Of a DNA stretch of 52,001 nucleotides, positions 39,384-48,538 are shown one piece after another; the first letter of the stretch is position 1; each line of letters begins with the position of its first letter. Both the position numbers and the translations under genes were made by a program. The notes beneath the pieces were generated by a model. That model was not told where the DNA came from, did no database searches, and worked only from the letters and a program-made list of their open reading frames with translations. This DNA comes from Aquificaceae bacterium (GTDB taxonomy: Bacteria > Aquificota > Aquificia > Aquificales > Aquificaceae), in contig JBCNVD010000030.1 in the NCBI GenBank assembly GCA_039630345.1, forward strand, positions 1-52,001. Direction: 5' to 3'.

Positions 39384-41904
39384 CTTAATTTTAGCCACTT
39401 TATTTGCACAGGGTATTAGAAAAGACTTTGAAGTTAATCTGGAATTGACCGGCAGGGCGATGGAAGAAAAGCCAAGACTGTCTCCCCCACTCAGGATAGA
39501 AGTATCAAGAGAGAGAGAGCTGGATCTTAGCTGGCGACTTTTAGAACCCCCAAAGGTGATGGAGTTTGCACAGCTCCCTACAGTTGAGCGCTCTGAAGGT
39601 ATTTCCTGCGGAGAACCAAAAGACGCTCTCTCTTACAGACTTGGCGTTGAATACATGCAAAAAAATCGCCTCGACCTTGCAAAGGAAGAGCTAAGCAAGG
39701 TTGTTATGCAGGTCAATTCCCCCTATAGACCAATGGCTCAGTATCTTCTTGGCAGGATTGCCTACTCAGAGCGTCAAGACCAGCTTGCCCTGAATCTATT
39801 TAGAGAGTCCTGTAGCCTAAGCCACATATATCAAGGTCCTGCCTGCGAAGCAAGTAATGCACTTGAGTTTATGCTGGGGATAAAACCATCCCCTGCCAAA
39901 GACCCTTTCTGGTCTTTTGTAAACTCCATAAGAGACAAAAAACCGATTAAAAATCCACCTGAATGCACTGGGGTGACCTTTACCCAGTATTGTTCATATG
40001 TAAGAGATTTTGTCCTGGGTAAAGAAAACCAGCAGTTTCGCGACAGCACCCGCCTTCGCAATGCTATAATCGCTTTTCAAAACAAAAACTTCCAGCAAGC
40101 AAGAGCCATATTAGAGCCGTATGCCCAGCCGGGCTCTTCTCACAGGGCAATAGCACTATACTACCTTGCCCTCATAGAGCACTTTAGTGCAAGGCACGAA
40201 GACGCTCTTAAGAAAGCAGCAATCCTCTCGACAATAGATCAGAGCCTTGCCGTGAACCTCTACGAGGTTATTTCCTCAAGCGACTTTCTCCTTGCGCGCT
40301 TAACTTATAGCCTAACCGGGGATAGAAAGTTTCTCCAAAAGGCTGGGGCTATTTCTTATAACCGGGGCGATTACGACCTTGCACTCTCTAACTTTCTTCA
40401 AGCAGGGGACTCTCTAAACGCGGCTTTCGCCGCAATTAACAAAGGCGACTATCAACGCGCAGCCCAAATTCTTGAGCAAAAACCTGACAAAACGAGAGAA
40501 GAGTATATGTGGCTTCTTGAGTCTCTTTACTGGAGCAACTTAAATATGTCAAAGACCCTTTCTGAAATCCAAAGACTCCATCCAGAGCTCGCTCGAGAAT
40601 ACTCCGCCTGGGAACTATTCAGAAAAGGAGACTATCAAGGAGCTCTTCAGCTATTTATAGACCCATACCACAGAGCTCTCGCGCTATTTAACCTAAGGCG
40701 ATATCAAGAAGTCATCCAGCTTCTCTCCGGCAGACAAGACCAGAATTCCAGAATCCTGGTTGCAAGAGCGATGCTCTCGATGGGCGACACTTCTGGCGCA
40801 AGGGGGATTTTAAGCGATAGGTCTCCTCCGGAAGCATATTTGATAGGAGTTTCTTACTTTATAGAGGGTAAATTTCCCCAGTCAGCACAAATTTTTGAGA
40901 GCATTCCGCCAAATAGTCCCATAAGACCAAAAGCCCTCATAAGGGCTGCAGATGCTTACTTTAATGCAGGCAATCAACAAAGAGCAAGGGACTTATATCT
41001 GGAGGTCTTACGCTCTTTTCCAGATACTCAGGAAGCCCGCCAATCTGCGATGAATCTACTCCAGATGGGAAAGACAGTCTCACAGCCGGATGCAGAAAAA
41101 CCAATAAGAGAATATCTATCGCGCACAGACTCCAAAGACCAGCTCAGTCAGGAGCTTCGCTATCAGCTTGCCAATATTTACCTGGAGCAAGGGCGCGAAA
41201 AAGAAGCTGAAAGAGAGCTTCTTGCCCTTATTGAAACCCCCCTTAAATACAGAGCAATCTTAAAACTTGCGCAAATTGAAAAAGACATCAATAGAAGACT
41301 CGTTTTATATTACACAGTTTATAAAGAATCTCCGATAGCCAAAGAGCGCGAAGAGGCACGCTCTTTCTTAATAGAGATTTACTCTTCCATAGGAGATAAA
41401 GATAGCCTTGCATCATTGCTTCTTGAAGGTACTCAATCAGATAGAGCCAGGGCTCTATTAATGTTTATCTCCTCAGGCGATTTAAAAAGGGCAAGGTCAG
41501 TAGCCCAGGAGCTAATGGCTTCCCGCTATAGAGACCCCCAATTTGAATTTGCCCTTATGGAGCTCTATCAAAAAACCAGAGAGAGACAGTTTCTTGAATA
41601 TTTAAAGTCAAGTCAGGAACGCTCCATAAGAGCCAAAGCCCTATACTTAAGTGCCCTTGAAAACATCAAAGCAGGCAAAAAATCCCAGGCTCTTGAAGAG
41701 CTTGTAGAAATTTCCATGGGTTTTAGAGGCGAAGAGGTATACAATCAGGCAATAATAGAAGGAGCAAAAATCCTTATTGCAATGGGCTCAAAGAAAGATG
41801 CAAGCTGCCTGCTGGAGCGCTTTGACGCTTCCAGTGCCAAAAGAGAGGAACTCCAGTCTCAGGAGTCTCTCAAAAAGGGTCTACCCCGTTGTGAGAGGCA
41901 ATAA
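39358..41904 (+). CDS. Large secreted tetratricopeptide-repeat protein
   Basis: Signal peptide and many TPR-like helical repeats (e.g. ALIRAADAYFNAGNQQRARDLY). Confidence 0.85.
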   Translation: MWRLIGLFSLILATLFAQGIRKDFEVNLELTGRAMEEKPRLSPPLRIEVSRERELDLSWRLLEPPKVMEFAQLPTVERSEGISCGEPKDALSYRLGVEYMQKNRLDLAKEELSKVVMQVNSPYRPMAQYLLGRIAYSERQDQLALNLFRESCSLSHIYQGPACEASNALEFMLGIKPSPAKDPFWSFVNSIRDKKPIKNPPECTGVTFTQYCSYVRDFVLGKENQQFRDSTRLRNAIIAFQNKNFQQARAILEPYAQPGSSHRAIALYYLALIEHFSARHEDALKKAAILSTIDQSLAVNLYEVISSSDFLLARLTYSLTGDRKFLQKAGAISYNRGDYDLALSNFLQAGDSLNAAFAAINKGDYQRAAQILEQKPDKTREEYMWLLESLYWSNLNMSKTLSEIQRLHPELAREYSAWELFRKGDYQGALQLFIDPYHRALALFNLRRYQEVIQLLSGRQDQNSRILVARAMLSMGDTSGARGILSDRSPPEAYLIGVSYFIEGKFPQSAQIFESIPPNSPIRPKALIRAADAYFNAGNQQRARDLYLEVLRSFPDTQEARQSAMNLLQMGKTVSQPDAEKPIREYLSRTDSKDQLSQELRYQLANIYLEQGREKEAERELLALIETPLKYRAILKLAQIEKDINRRLVLYYTVYKESPIAKEREEARSFLIEIYSSIGDKDSLASLLLEGTQSDRARALLMFISSGDLKRARSVAQELMASRYRDPQFEFALMELYQKTRERQFLEYLKSSQERSIRAKALYLSALENIKAGKKSQALEELVEISMGFRGEEVYNQAIIEGAKILIAMGSKKDASCLLERFDASSAKREELQSQESLKKGLPRCERQ

Positions 41905-41906
41905 AG

Positions 41907-42515
41907 TTGTCAGAACTTTTTGAATTTTTATCAAAGGGCGGTCTTGCGGTATATCCTCTATTGGCTCTATCTATATTTTCCTGGGCTATCATCATAGAAA
42001 GAACTCTTGCGCTCCGCGCAGGGATTGGCTCTTTACCCTCTGACTGGAAGTCTATGGCTCTATCCGGCGACATTGAAAAGCTCTCTAAAATCCTCTCTGA
42101 GGACAATTCGCAAATTGGACTAATCCTTCGCGCGCTTATTGAGGACTATAGGACCAAAAACCTAAGTCGAAGCGAGCTTCTAACAACTGCTCAAACCCTA
42201 GTGGATTTGCTAGTTCCAAAAATTGAAAAAAATATAGCGCTTCTTTCAGTCATAGCAAGTGTAGCCCCTCTAATAGGGCTTTTTGGCACTATCACAGGTC
42301 TTATAAAAGTATTTTCTGCCTTTTCGCTCTCCTCACCGGACGAGGCTATAAAGCTCCTCTCTATTGGTATTAGTGAGGCCTTGATTGCAGCAGCCATGGG
42401 ACTTGCGGTTGCGATACCTTCCTTAATCGCCTACTGGATTTTTCGCCTTCAGGCGAGCTCTATCTTATCAAAAATAGAATCAGAAGTCATTCAGCTAGTG
42501 AGGCTCTTGCCTTGA
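41907..42515 (+). CDS. exbB: MotA/TolQ/ExbB proton channel protein
   Basis: APLIGLFGTITG, GISEALI..GLAVAIP. Confidence 0.9.
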   Translation: MSELFEFLSKGGLAVYPLLALSIFSWAIIIERTLALRAGIGSLPSDWKSMALSGDIEKLSKILSEDNSQIGLILRALIEDYRTKNLSRSELLTTAQTLVDLLVPKIEKNIALLSVIASVAPLIGLFGTITGLIKVFSAFSLSSPDEAIKLLSIGISEALIAAAMGLAVAIPSLIAYWIFRLQASSILSKIESEVIQLVRLLP

Positions 42516-42904
42516 GAAGGAGGAGAATACCTATAGAAGAGCGCGCCTATATAGATGTGGTTCCTCTTGTTGATACCCTTCTTGCGGTCTTTTTATTTCT
42601 TGCGCTTTTGGCTCTTCAATCGCCGGTTAGCTTCCTCTCAGTTGTTTTACCCACTGCTTCCACTGGCGAAAAGAGCTCTTTATCAACTCTCAATGTCGAG
42701 GTTTTAAAAGACGGTAGCTATATCTTTAACAATAAAATTGTAAGTCTTCAAGAGCTAGAATCTATCATCTCAGGCAAAGTCTATAATTCAATTCTCATAA
42801 TGGCAGATGAAAACGCCCCTCATGGTTCTGTAGTGGCTCTTATGGATATAGCCAGAAAACATCAGATAGAAAACCTTCTGGTGGGGACAAGAAAAGCCCG
42901 CTAA
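42512..42904 (+). CDS. exbD: ExbD/TolR family protein
   Basis: DVVPLVD TM motif, LP.A, IMADE..HG.VV. Confidence 0.9.
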   Translation: MRRRRIPIEERAYIDVVPLVDTLLAVFLFLALLALQSPVSFLSVVLPTASTGEKSSLSTLNVEVLKDGSYIFNNKIVSLQELESIISGKVYNSILIMADENAPHGSVVALMDIARKHQIENLLVGTRKAR

Positions 42905-43639
42905 ATGAAGCTGATTTTAACCTTTGTTCTCCCGCCTGGCATTTTCATACTCGGATTTATATTCCTTGGGGTTATTTGCTCGCGCTTTATTGCAAGGTTT
43001 TTATCTCTGACTTTAGCGGGTTTTATGTATCTTCTCTCCATAGAACCTGTAAAAGACGCCATTATATTGCCCCTTGAGATGCATTCAAGCGTTCCCAAAA
43101 GCCCAAAGGGCGATGCAATAGTCGTGCTTGGCGGAGGTTCTTATTCCACTGGAATTTTAAAAGAAGACTCTCTAAAGCGCCTCCTTACCGGTTTTAATCT
43201 CCACAAAGAGCTAAAGCTCCCTCTCATTCTCTCAGGCGGGGCTTCTTTTGGCAGTTTACCAGATGCCGAGGTAATGCTTGGGGTTCTTACCTCCCTTGGT
43301 ATAGACCGCTCTTACATCCTTACCGAAACCAAAAGCAAAAACACCCTCGAAAACGCCATAGAGGTCAGCAAAATCTGCAAGGAGCGAGGTTTTGAAACAA
43401 TCATTCTGGTAACCTCGGCCTATCACATACCAAGAGCCAGTTTGGTTTTTGAAAAAACCGGGATTAAGGTCCAGCCCTACCCCACGGACTTTAAATCCGA
43501 CAGGCGCTACAACCTCTATAGCTTTATCCCACGCTCAGGCGTTCTTGAAGAGTCCACAAAAGCCCTTCGCGAACATCTGGCTCTTTTTTATTATAAAACA
43601 TCAATCGCGGGGGGAATTTCCCCCCGCTACCCCCCTTGA
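42905..43639 (+). CDS. YdcF/ElyC (DUF218) family protein
   Basis: AIVVLGGG, LSGG, ETKSKNTLENA, LVTSAYHIPRA, REHL. Confidence 0.9.
   Translation: MKLILTFVLPPGIFILGFIFLGVICSRFIARFLSLTLAGFMYLLSIEPVKDAIILPLEMHSSVPKSPKGDAIVVLGGGSYSTGILKEDSLKRLLTGFNLHKELKLPLILSGGASFGSLPDAEVMLGVLTSLGIDRSYILTETKSKNTLENAIEVSKICKERGFETIILVTSAYHIPRASLVFEKTGIKVQPYPTDFKSDRRYNLYSFIPRSGVLEESTKALREHLALFYYKTSIAGGISPRYPP
43607..43627. terminator. GC hairpin at end of the serC-like..ydcF unit
   Basis: GCGGGGGG-AATTT-CCCCCCGC; no clear U-tract. Confidence 0.4.
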
Positions 43640-43663
43640 CAAAGTTTTATGACCTCCTAAATT
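43636..43663 (+). promoter_or_regulatory. sigma70 promoter of the surface-protein gene
   Basis: TTGACA-16-TAAATT, then GGAGG RBS. Confidence 0.55.
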
Positions 43664-43682
43664 TAGTCTTGGAGGCGCAGAC

Positions 43683-45383
43683 ATGAGGTTGTCTATTTTG
43701 TTGGTATCCTTAGTCTGGCTTCTTAAATCTTGTGGTTCATTTTACAATACATCAAATGAAAATAGAAATGTTCGCTCGCAAAGGGAATTATCATACTGCG
43801 ACTTTATAGTTTCAAATCCCCAAGAACTAAGAGACGCACTTATAATATCCCAGTCAAACTCAAGAGACGATACTATATGCCTCCGATCAGGTGTATATGA
43901 AATTCTCAGTCCTCTGACTTATGAAACAGCCAATGGCGACGGGGGTAAGTCTCTAAGGCTGGTTGCGGTTGAGCCAGATGTGACACTTCTGGGTTCAGAC
44001 ACTCAGATTTTGCGTATTGATACAGACCTAGACAGTAATGCCTCCACTTCAGATAACAACTCTTACATACTCATCCAGGGTATAACTTTCAAAAACGCAA
44101 ACTCAAATCATAACGGAGGCGCAATCTACTTTAAGGGCTTTGGCTCAAAGATTAGACTTCACAATAATGTCTTTGACAATAACAGCTCTAATCTCAATGG
44201 CGGTTCTATATATGCCAAAACCTCGCAGGGCTCTATTGAAATCATAAACAACACTATCCTGAATAGCTCCGCCAGCAAAGGAGGCGGTATCTACCTGCGT
44301 CTTGATAGCAACTTTGCAAAAGCCTATGTTATTAACAACATCCTCTGGAGGAACGTTGCCCTCTCTAGCGGGGCTGATATTTACCTCTCAAACTCCTCAG
44401 GTAGCAAACTAAGAATCTACAACAACAGTCTTACCTTAAGCTCTTTCCTCCTCTCCTTTGTAAAACCGATGTCAATTGATAACTTAGGTCCAGATACGCT
44501 GATACATAAAAACTCCCAAATAAACCCTCTTTTCCAAGGCGGTTCTTATAAACTCTCTGCTAATTCTCCTTTAATAGATGCAGGCCTTAGCCCACTAATT
44601 GATGGGCTCTATTTGCCAGATGTTGATAAGGATCTGAAAAAGAGAGTCTTTGGTATCTCTGTTGATGTTGGTGCATATGAGTATGTTTATGAAACAGCCT
44701 CTAATTCCTTGATAGAAAATATCGTAAAAGAAATAATAGACATAATAGATATCACAAACATCATACCCGGTTCAGATATAGTTGAGGTTGTTAATCCTCC
44801 TTCCCCTTGTACACTGTTTTGCTCTCTGAAGGATGAGTGCCTTAAGTTTTGTGATGGAATAGAGGGTTGTGCAAAAATGTGCGAAGACCCGGGGCTATGC
44901 GAAACGATCTGTTCATCAGGTGACATTTGTAAACTATGCGCAGAAAAAGAAAAGCCTTGTGGCAAAAAGCTTGTTTGCGAAATCCCTGAAGTGTGTAAAT
45001 CATGTAAGAAAGATAAAGATAAACCCAGCGATGACCCTCCTAGCCCTCACGGCATAAGTCAAAACCCTAACCCAGGTGATATTAATTGCAGATTCCCGCC
45101 TTGCGGTAACTCCAGCTCTCAAGATAGCACAGGTAATGACATCCAAACCCCAAGCCCGGCGCCACCTCCTTCTTCTGCATCTCAACCAACCAACATATTT
45201 GCCCCTGTTTCAAACTCTAGCTCCACAAGAGACCCTGTTGCCCCACCTGCTTCCAAAAGGGAATCTGTTGACCCATCTTCCCCGACCCCACCTAGCACAA
45301 ATAGCAATGTTATTAACTCATCTAATTCAACGCCTAGCACAAGGGATACTTCTGTCCCATCCTCGCCGCCAGCGACTAAATAA
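43683..45383 (+). CDS. Secreted beta-helix / choice-of-anchor-Q-like protein with Cys-rich domain and Ser/Pro/Thr tail
   Basis: Signal peptide, GGAI/GGSI/GGGI + FxNN repeats, YKLSANSPLIDAG...VDVGAYEY, 14-Cys segment, low-complexity tail. Confidence 0.8.
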   Translation: MRLSILLVSLVWLLKSCGSFYNTSNENRNVRSQRELSYCDFIVSNPQELRDALIISQSNSRDDTICLRSGVYEILSPLTYETANGDGGKSLRLVAVEPDVTLLGSDTQILRIDTDLDSNASTSDNNSYILIQGITFKNANSNHNGGAIYFKGFGSKIRLHNNVFDNNSSNLNGGSIYAKTSQGSIEIINNTILNSSASKGGGIYLRLDSNFAKAYVINNILWRNVALSSGADIYLSNSSGSKLRIYNNSLTLSSFLLSFVKPMSIDNLGPDTLIHKNSQINPLFQGGSYKLSANSPLIDAGLSPLIDGLYLPDVDKDLKKRVFGISVDVGAYEYVYETASNSLIENIVKEIIDIIDITNIIPGSDIVEVVNPPSPCTLFCSLKDECLKFCDGIEGCAKMCEDPGLCETICSSGDICKLCAEKEKPCGKKLVCEIPEVCKSCKKDKDKPSDDPPSPHGISQNPNPGDINCRFPPCGNSSSQDSTGNDIQTPSPAPPPSSASQPTNIFAPVSNSSSTRDPVAPPASKRESVDPSSPTPPSTNSNVINSSNSTPSTRDTSVPSSPPATK

Positions 45384-45682
45384 ACTATCATGAGAAGTTA
45401 GCTTCGCGAAAACAAAAATGGAAAAGCTCCTCGTAGTGGCAAAGCCTATTATGTAGCAGCTCTGGTCTGGGATGGTTGCTCTTTAGGGTTGTAAATCTCC
45501 AGCTTCAGGATGTGGCTTTAACAGAAGGCTAACGAACTTTCTGGCACTTGCAAATAAAGTTATAAAAACCCAGGTTGACATATTACTATCAAAATTGACT
45601 TCTCGTTAACAATCCCTGCGCTTTTTAAGCACCCTTTTTAGTCTCTGGGTGGATCTTTCACCAGCCTGCCTTTTAAACGATC

Positions 45683-45745
45683 TTACAAACTTTAGTAAAC
45701 AATTTGACAATTTTGTCAACAACTTTACAAGTTTTCATAACCATT
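45683..45745 (+). promoter_or_regulatory. Putative enhancer (UAS) array for a sigma54 activator
   Basis: Perfect palindrome TTGACAA-TT-TTGTCAA (45704-45719), TGT-N10-ACA (45714-45729), three ~21-bp imperfect repeats. Confidence 0.55.
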
Positions 45746-45784
45746 TGGGTCGCCAGGTTTAGCTATCATTCAAAATCCTGCGTT

Positions 45785-45800
45785 TGGCATTGTTTTTGCA
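45785..45800 (+). promoter_or_regulatory. sigma54 (-24/-12) promoter
   Basis: TGGCAT-TGTTT-TTGCA with GG-N10-GC spacing, upstream of the nitrogen-uptake operon. Confidence 0.85.
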
Positions 45801-45825
45801 CTTAGGCGTTTTAGGAGGCTGAAGA

Positions 45826-45950
45826 ATGAAATTTGAGCTGGACAAGGCGAAAGATGCACTCGCAACCTTTACAGAAGTTCGTGGCTTTAATAAAAGCGCC
45901 AAACAGACAGAGCTGAATACGCACAGGAGAGAGCAAAAAAAGCTTTATGA
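45826..45950 (+). pseudogene. glnK: Degenerate PII (glnK/glnB) remnant
   Basis: AGGAGG RBS. Frame 1 gives KFELDKAKDAL-ATFTEVRGF..QTEL (cf. PII KPFKLDEVKDAL...TEVRGFG..HTEL). The +1 frame at 45917 gives IRTGE, then KKAL-stop at 45948 in the next frame. Confidence 0.75.
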
Positions 45951-46178
45951 AAAATTCCGCAAAGGAGGTTATAAAATGCAACACTTTAGCTTAACTGGTC
46001 TAAGAGCTCGGCATTTCAAAGCGAGCTTTTTGTGTAGCTACCTGCAATCAACCTGTTGGGCACAGGCTAAAGTTTTTGAGCCTTGCATGACTGTACAAAC
46101 TCCAGAGCCACTCAAAAAATGGTTTTTCAAAGTTTTAAAGCGCGCTTTTGGATTTTTTAAATCAAAGGAGGTGGTAAA

Positions 46179-47456
46179 ATGCGTGTTCTAAAACTCATCT
46201 TAGTCACATCTTTTACAAGCTTTGCTTTTGCAAACGAACAGACTCCAAAGCTGGATACAGGCGACACTGCCTGGATACTCGTCTCTTCCGCTCTTGTTAT
46301 GCTTATGACCCTGCCGGGTCTTGCCCTCTTTTATGGAGGCATGGCAAAGACCAAAGATGTGTTAAACACCGTTGCGATGTCTTTTGTAGCTTATTGCATA
46401 GCTTCTATCGTCTGGATAGTTTATGGATACAGCCTTGCCTTTGGGCAGGATATTGCCGGTATCATAGGAAGCCCTTCCAAGCTTTTGCTTCAGGGGGTTG
46501 GTATAGATAGCTTACAAGGCACCATCCCTGAGCTTCTCTTTGCAATGTTTCAACTCACTTTTGCCGCCATAACGGTTGCTCTGGTTAGTGGTTCTTTTGT
46601 TGAGAGGATAAAGTTTTCTGCCTGGGCTCTTTTTGTGATTCTCTGGGTGAGTTTAATTTATGTGCCTGTTGCTCATTGGGTCTGGGGCGGTGGCTTTCTT
46701 GCAAAAGATGGAGCTCTTGACTTTGCAGGTGGCACGGTCGTTCACATAAACGCGGGCATAGCGGGTCTTGTCGGTGCTGTTTTACTTGGCAAAAGAAAGG
46801 ATATGGTCCTTTTGCCTAATAACCTCCCTCTGGTGGTCCTGGGTGCGGGGCTTTTGTGGTTTGGGTGGTTTGGTTTTAATGCAGGGTCTGCGCTTGGTGC
46901 AAATTCGCTTGCAGCGGTTGCTATGTTGAATACAAATGTAGCGACTGCCCTGGCAGCCCTTAGCTGGATGCTGGCAGAGTGGTTTCACCGCGGTAGGCCT
47001 ACGGTTCTTGGTCTTGCGTCAGGTGCAATTGCAGGGCTGGTGGCTGTGACCCCCGCTGCTGGTTTTGTGAATGTGGCTGGCGTTCTTTTCATAGGAGCTC
47101 TTTCAGGCGTAGCCTGCTACTTTATGGTTTCAGAAGTTAAGCAAAGACTTGGTTATGACGACGCCCTTGATGTCTTTGGTATTCACGGCGTAGCAGGTAT
47201 TATTGGGGCTATCCTGACAGGCGTCTTTGCAGACCCTTCTATAAACTCTGCAGGCAAAGGGCTTTTGTATGGAAATCCCGCACAGCTCTTTGTGCAGATA
47301 AAGTCTGTCATAGTAACAGTTGTCTATAGCGGTGTTTTAACCGCGGTCATTCTCCTTGCTTTAAGAGCTCTAACAGGGCTCAAAACTAACGGCGAAGAGC
47401 AAATGACTGGGATGGATAGGTCCCAGCATGGTGAGAGCGCTTACAACATCTCTTAA
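46179..47456 (+). CDS. amtB: Ammonium transporter
   Basis: [45 protein letters not shown]. Confidence 0.97.
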   Translation: MRVLKLILVTSFTSFAFANEQTPKLDTGDTAWILVSSALVMLMTLPGLALFYGGMAKTKDVLNTVAMSFVAYCIASIVWIVYGYSLAFGQDIAGIIGSPSKLLLQGVGIDSLQGTIPELLFAMFQLTFAAITVALVSGSFVERIKFSAWALFVILWVSLIYVPVAHWVWGGGFLAKDGALDFAGGTVVHINAGIAGLVGAVLLGKRKDMVLLPNNLPLVVLGAGLLWFGWFGFNAGSALGANSLAAVAMLNTNVATALAALSWMLAEWFHRGRPTVLGLASGAIAGLVAVTPAAGFVNVAGVLFIGALSGVACYFMVSEVKQRLGYDDALDVFGIHGVAGIIGAILTGVFADPSINSAGKGLLYGNPAQLFVQIKSVIVTVVYSGVLTAVILLALRALTGLKTNGEEQMTGMDRSQHGESAYNIS

Positions 47457-47468
47457 GGAGGTATAGCC

Positions 47469-48524
47469 ATGAAGAAGCTGGCTTTTATGTTGCTGCTGGG
47501 AAGTTTTGGAGGTGCAAAGGCTCTAGAGCTAAAAACAGACTACCTGGGAACACTTAAACTAGGAGGGGCGATAACTCTCTATGGCATTAGCACTACTAAC
47601 AACACAGGCGCAGACAAAAAAACGCGCTACGATGTTGGTTCTGCTATCATAAACCTGTCTAAAGCGCCTGAGCCATTTGGCTTTAATATAATTGGCGGTG
47701 CTTATAGCTTCCCCGTTGTTGGTGCTATTATAGCAAAAGCGACAGAAGCGACAGATTTATTTAGCGCCCTGCCAGTGGCTTATATTGAATATGCTCCTAA
47801 AAAAGGTTTCTCTATTCAGGCTGGAAAACTGCCCACAATAATAGGCTATGAGTCTGCCTTTACATACGCGAATAACTACATACAAAGAGGACTTGTCTGG
47901 AATATGCAGCCTGTAATTAATAACGGCGTTAGACTAACTTACAGCACTGATTTGCTTTCTCTAAAACTCGGTCTAAACGACGGGTTTTATACCCTTAGCA
48001 CCAAAGAACCAAGAGCTGCCCTTGAAGGTAGCATAGGCATTACCCCTATAAAGGACGGTTCTATCTCCCTTAACTTTATCATCCCGGATAAGAGTTCAAA
48101 GCCAAACAAAACCGCGGCACCTTCTAACAAGAGAGAGTTTAACTTGCTCGCGTCCTACGCTCTTGGCAACATAGCGATAGGCTTTGACTTTATGCACATT
48201 GAGGCCCCTGCAGACTCTTCGGCTCAAGTTCCTGAAAAAGCAAAGGCAAACGGCGGTGCCTTGCATCTGTCTTACGACCTTGAACCTCTCAAACTATCAG
48301 GAAGACTCGAATATGTCAAAGATGACTCCGACTCAGGTGGCATAGACTTAGTTGGACTTGGAGACAGCAACAGAGGGCTTTCGCTCACCATCACACCATC
48401 TTACAAGAAAGGAACTTTTTTTATAAAAGCTGAGTTCTCTTATGTAAAGGCGGATAATGCCTTTACTAAAAGTGGCAAAAAGAGCCAGACAAGAGCCGGC
48501 ATAGAGGCGGGTTTTCTCTTCTAA
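47469..48524 (+). CDS. Outer-membrane beta-barrel porin (BBP2/DUF1597-like)
   Basis: Signal peptide, AYIEY, QAGKLPTIIGYE, amphipathic strands, C-terminal Phe; TAAGGAGG RBS. Confidence 0.85.
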   Translation: MKKLAFMLLLGSFGGAKALELKTDYLGTLKLGGAITLYGISTTNNTGADKKTRYDVGSAIINLSKAPEPFGFNIIGGAYSFPVVGAIIAKATEATDLFSALPVAYIEYAPKKGFSIQAGKLPTIIGYESAFTYANNYIQRGLVWNMQPVINNGVRLTYSTDLLSLKLGLNDGFYTLSTKEPRAALEGSIGITPIKDGSISLNFIIPDKSSKPNKTAAPSNKREFNLLASYALGNIAIGFDFMHIEAPADSSAQVPEKAKANGGALHLSYDLEPLKLSGRLEYVKDDSDSGGIDLVGLGDSNRGLSLTITPSYKKGTFFIKAEFSYVKADNAFTKSGKKSQTRAGIEAGFLF

Positions 48525-48538
48525 GGCACCTCCTCCTT

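Noticed and set aside
45826..46191. 121-aa ORF as a genuine single protein
   Set aside because: It is a chance read-through joining a frameshifted PII remnant to a separately initiated downstream ORF.
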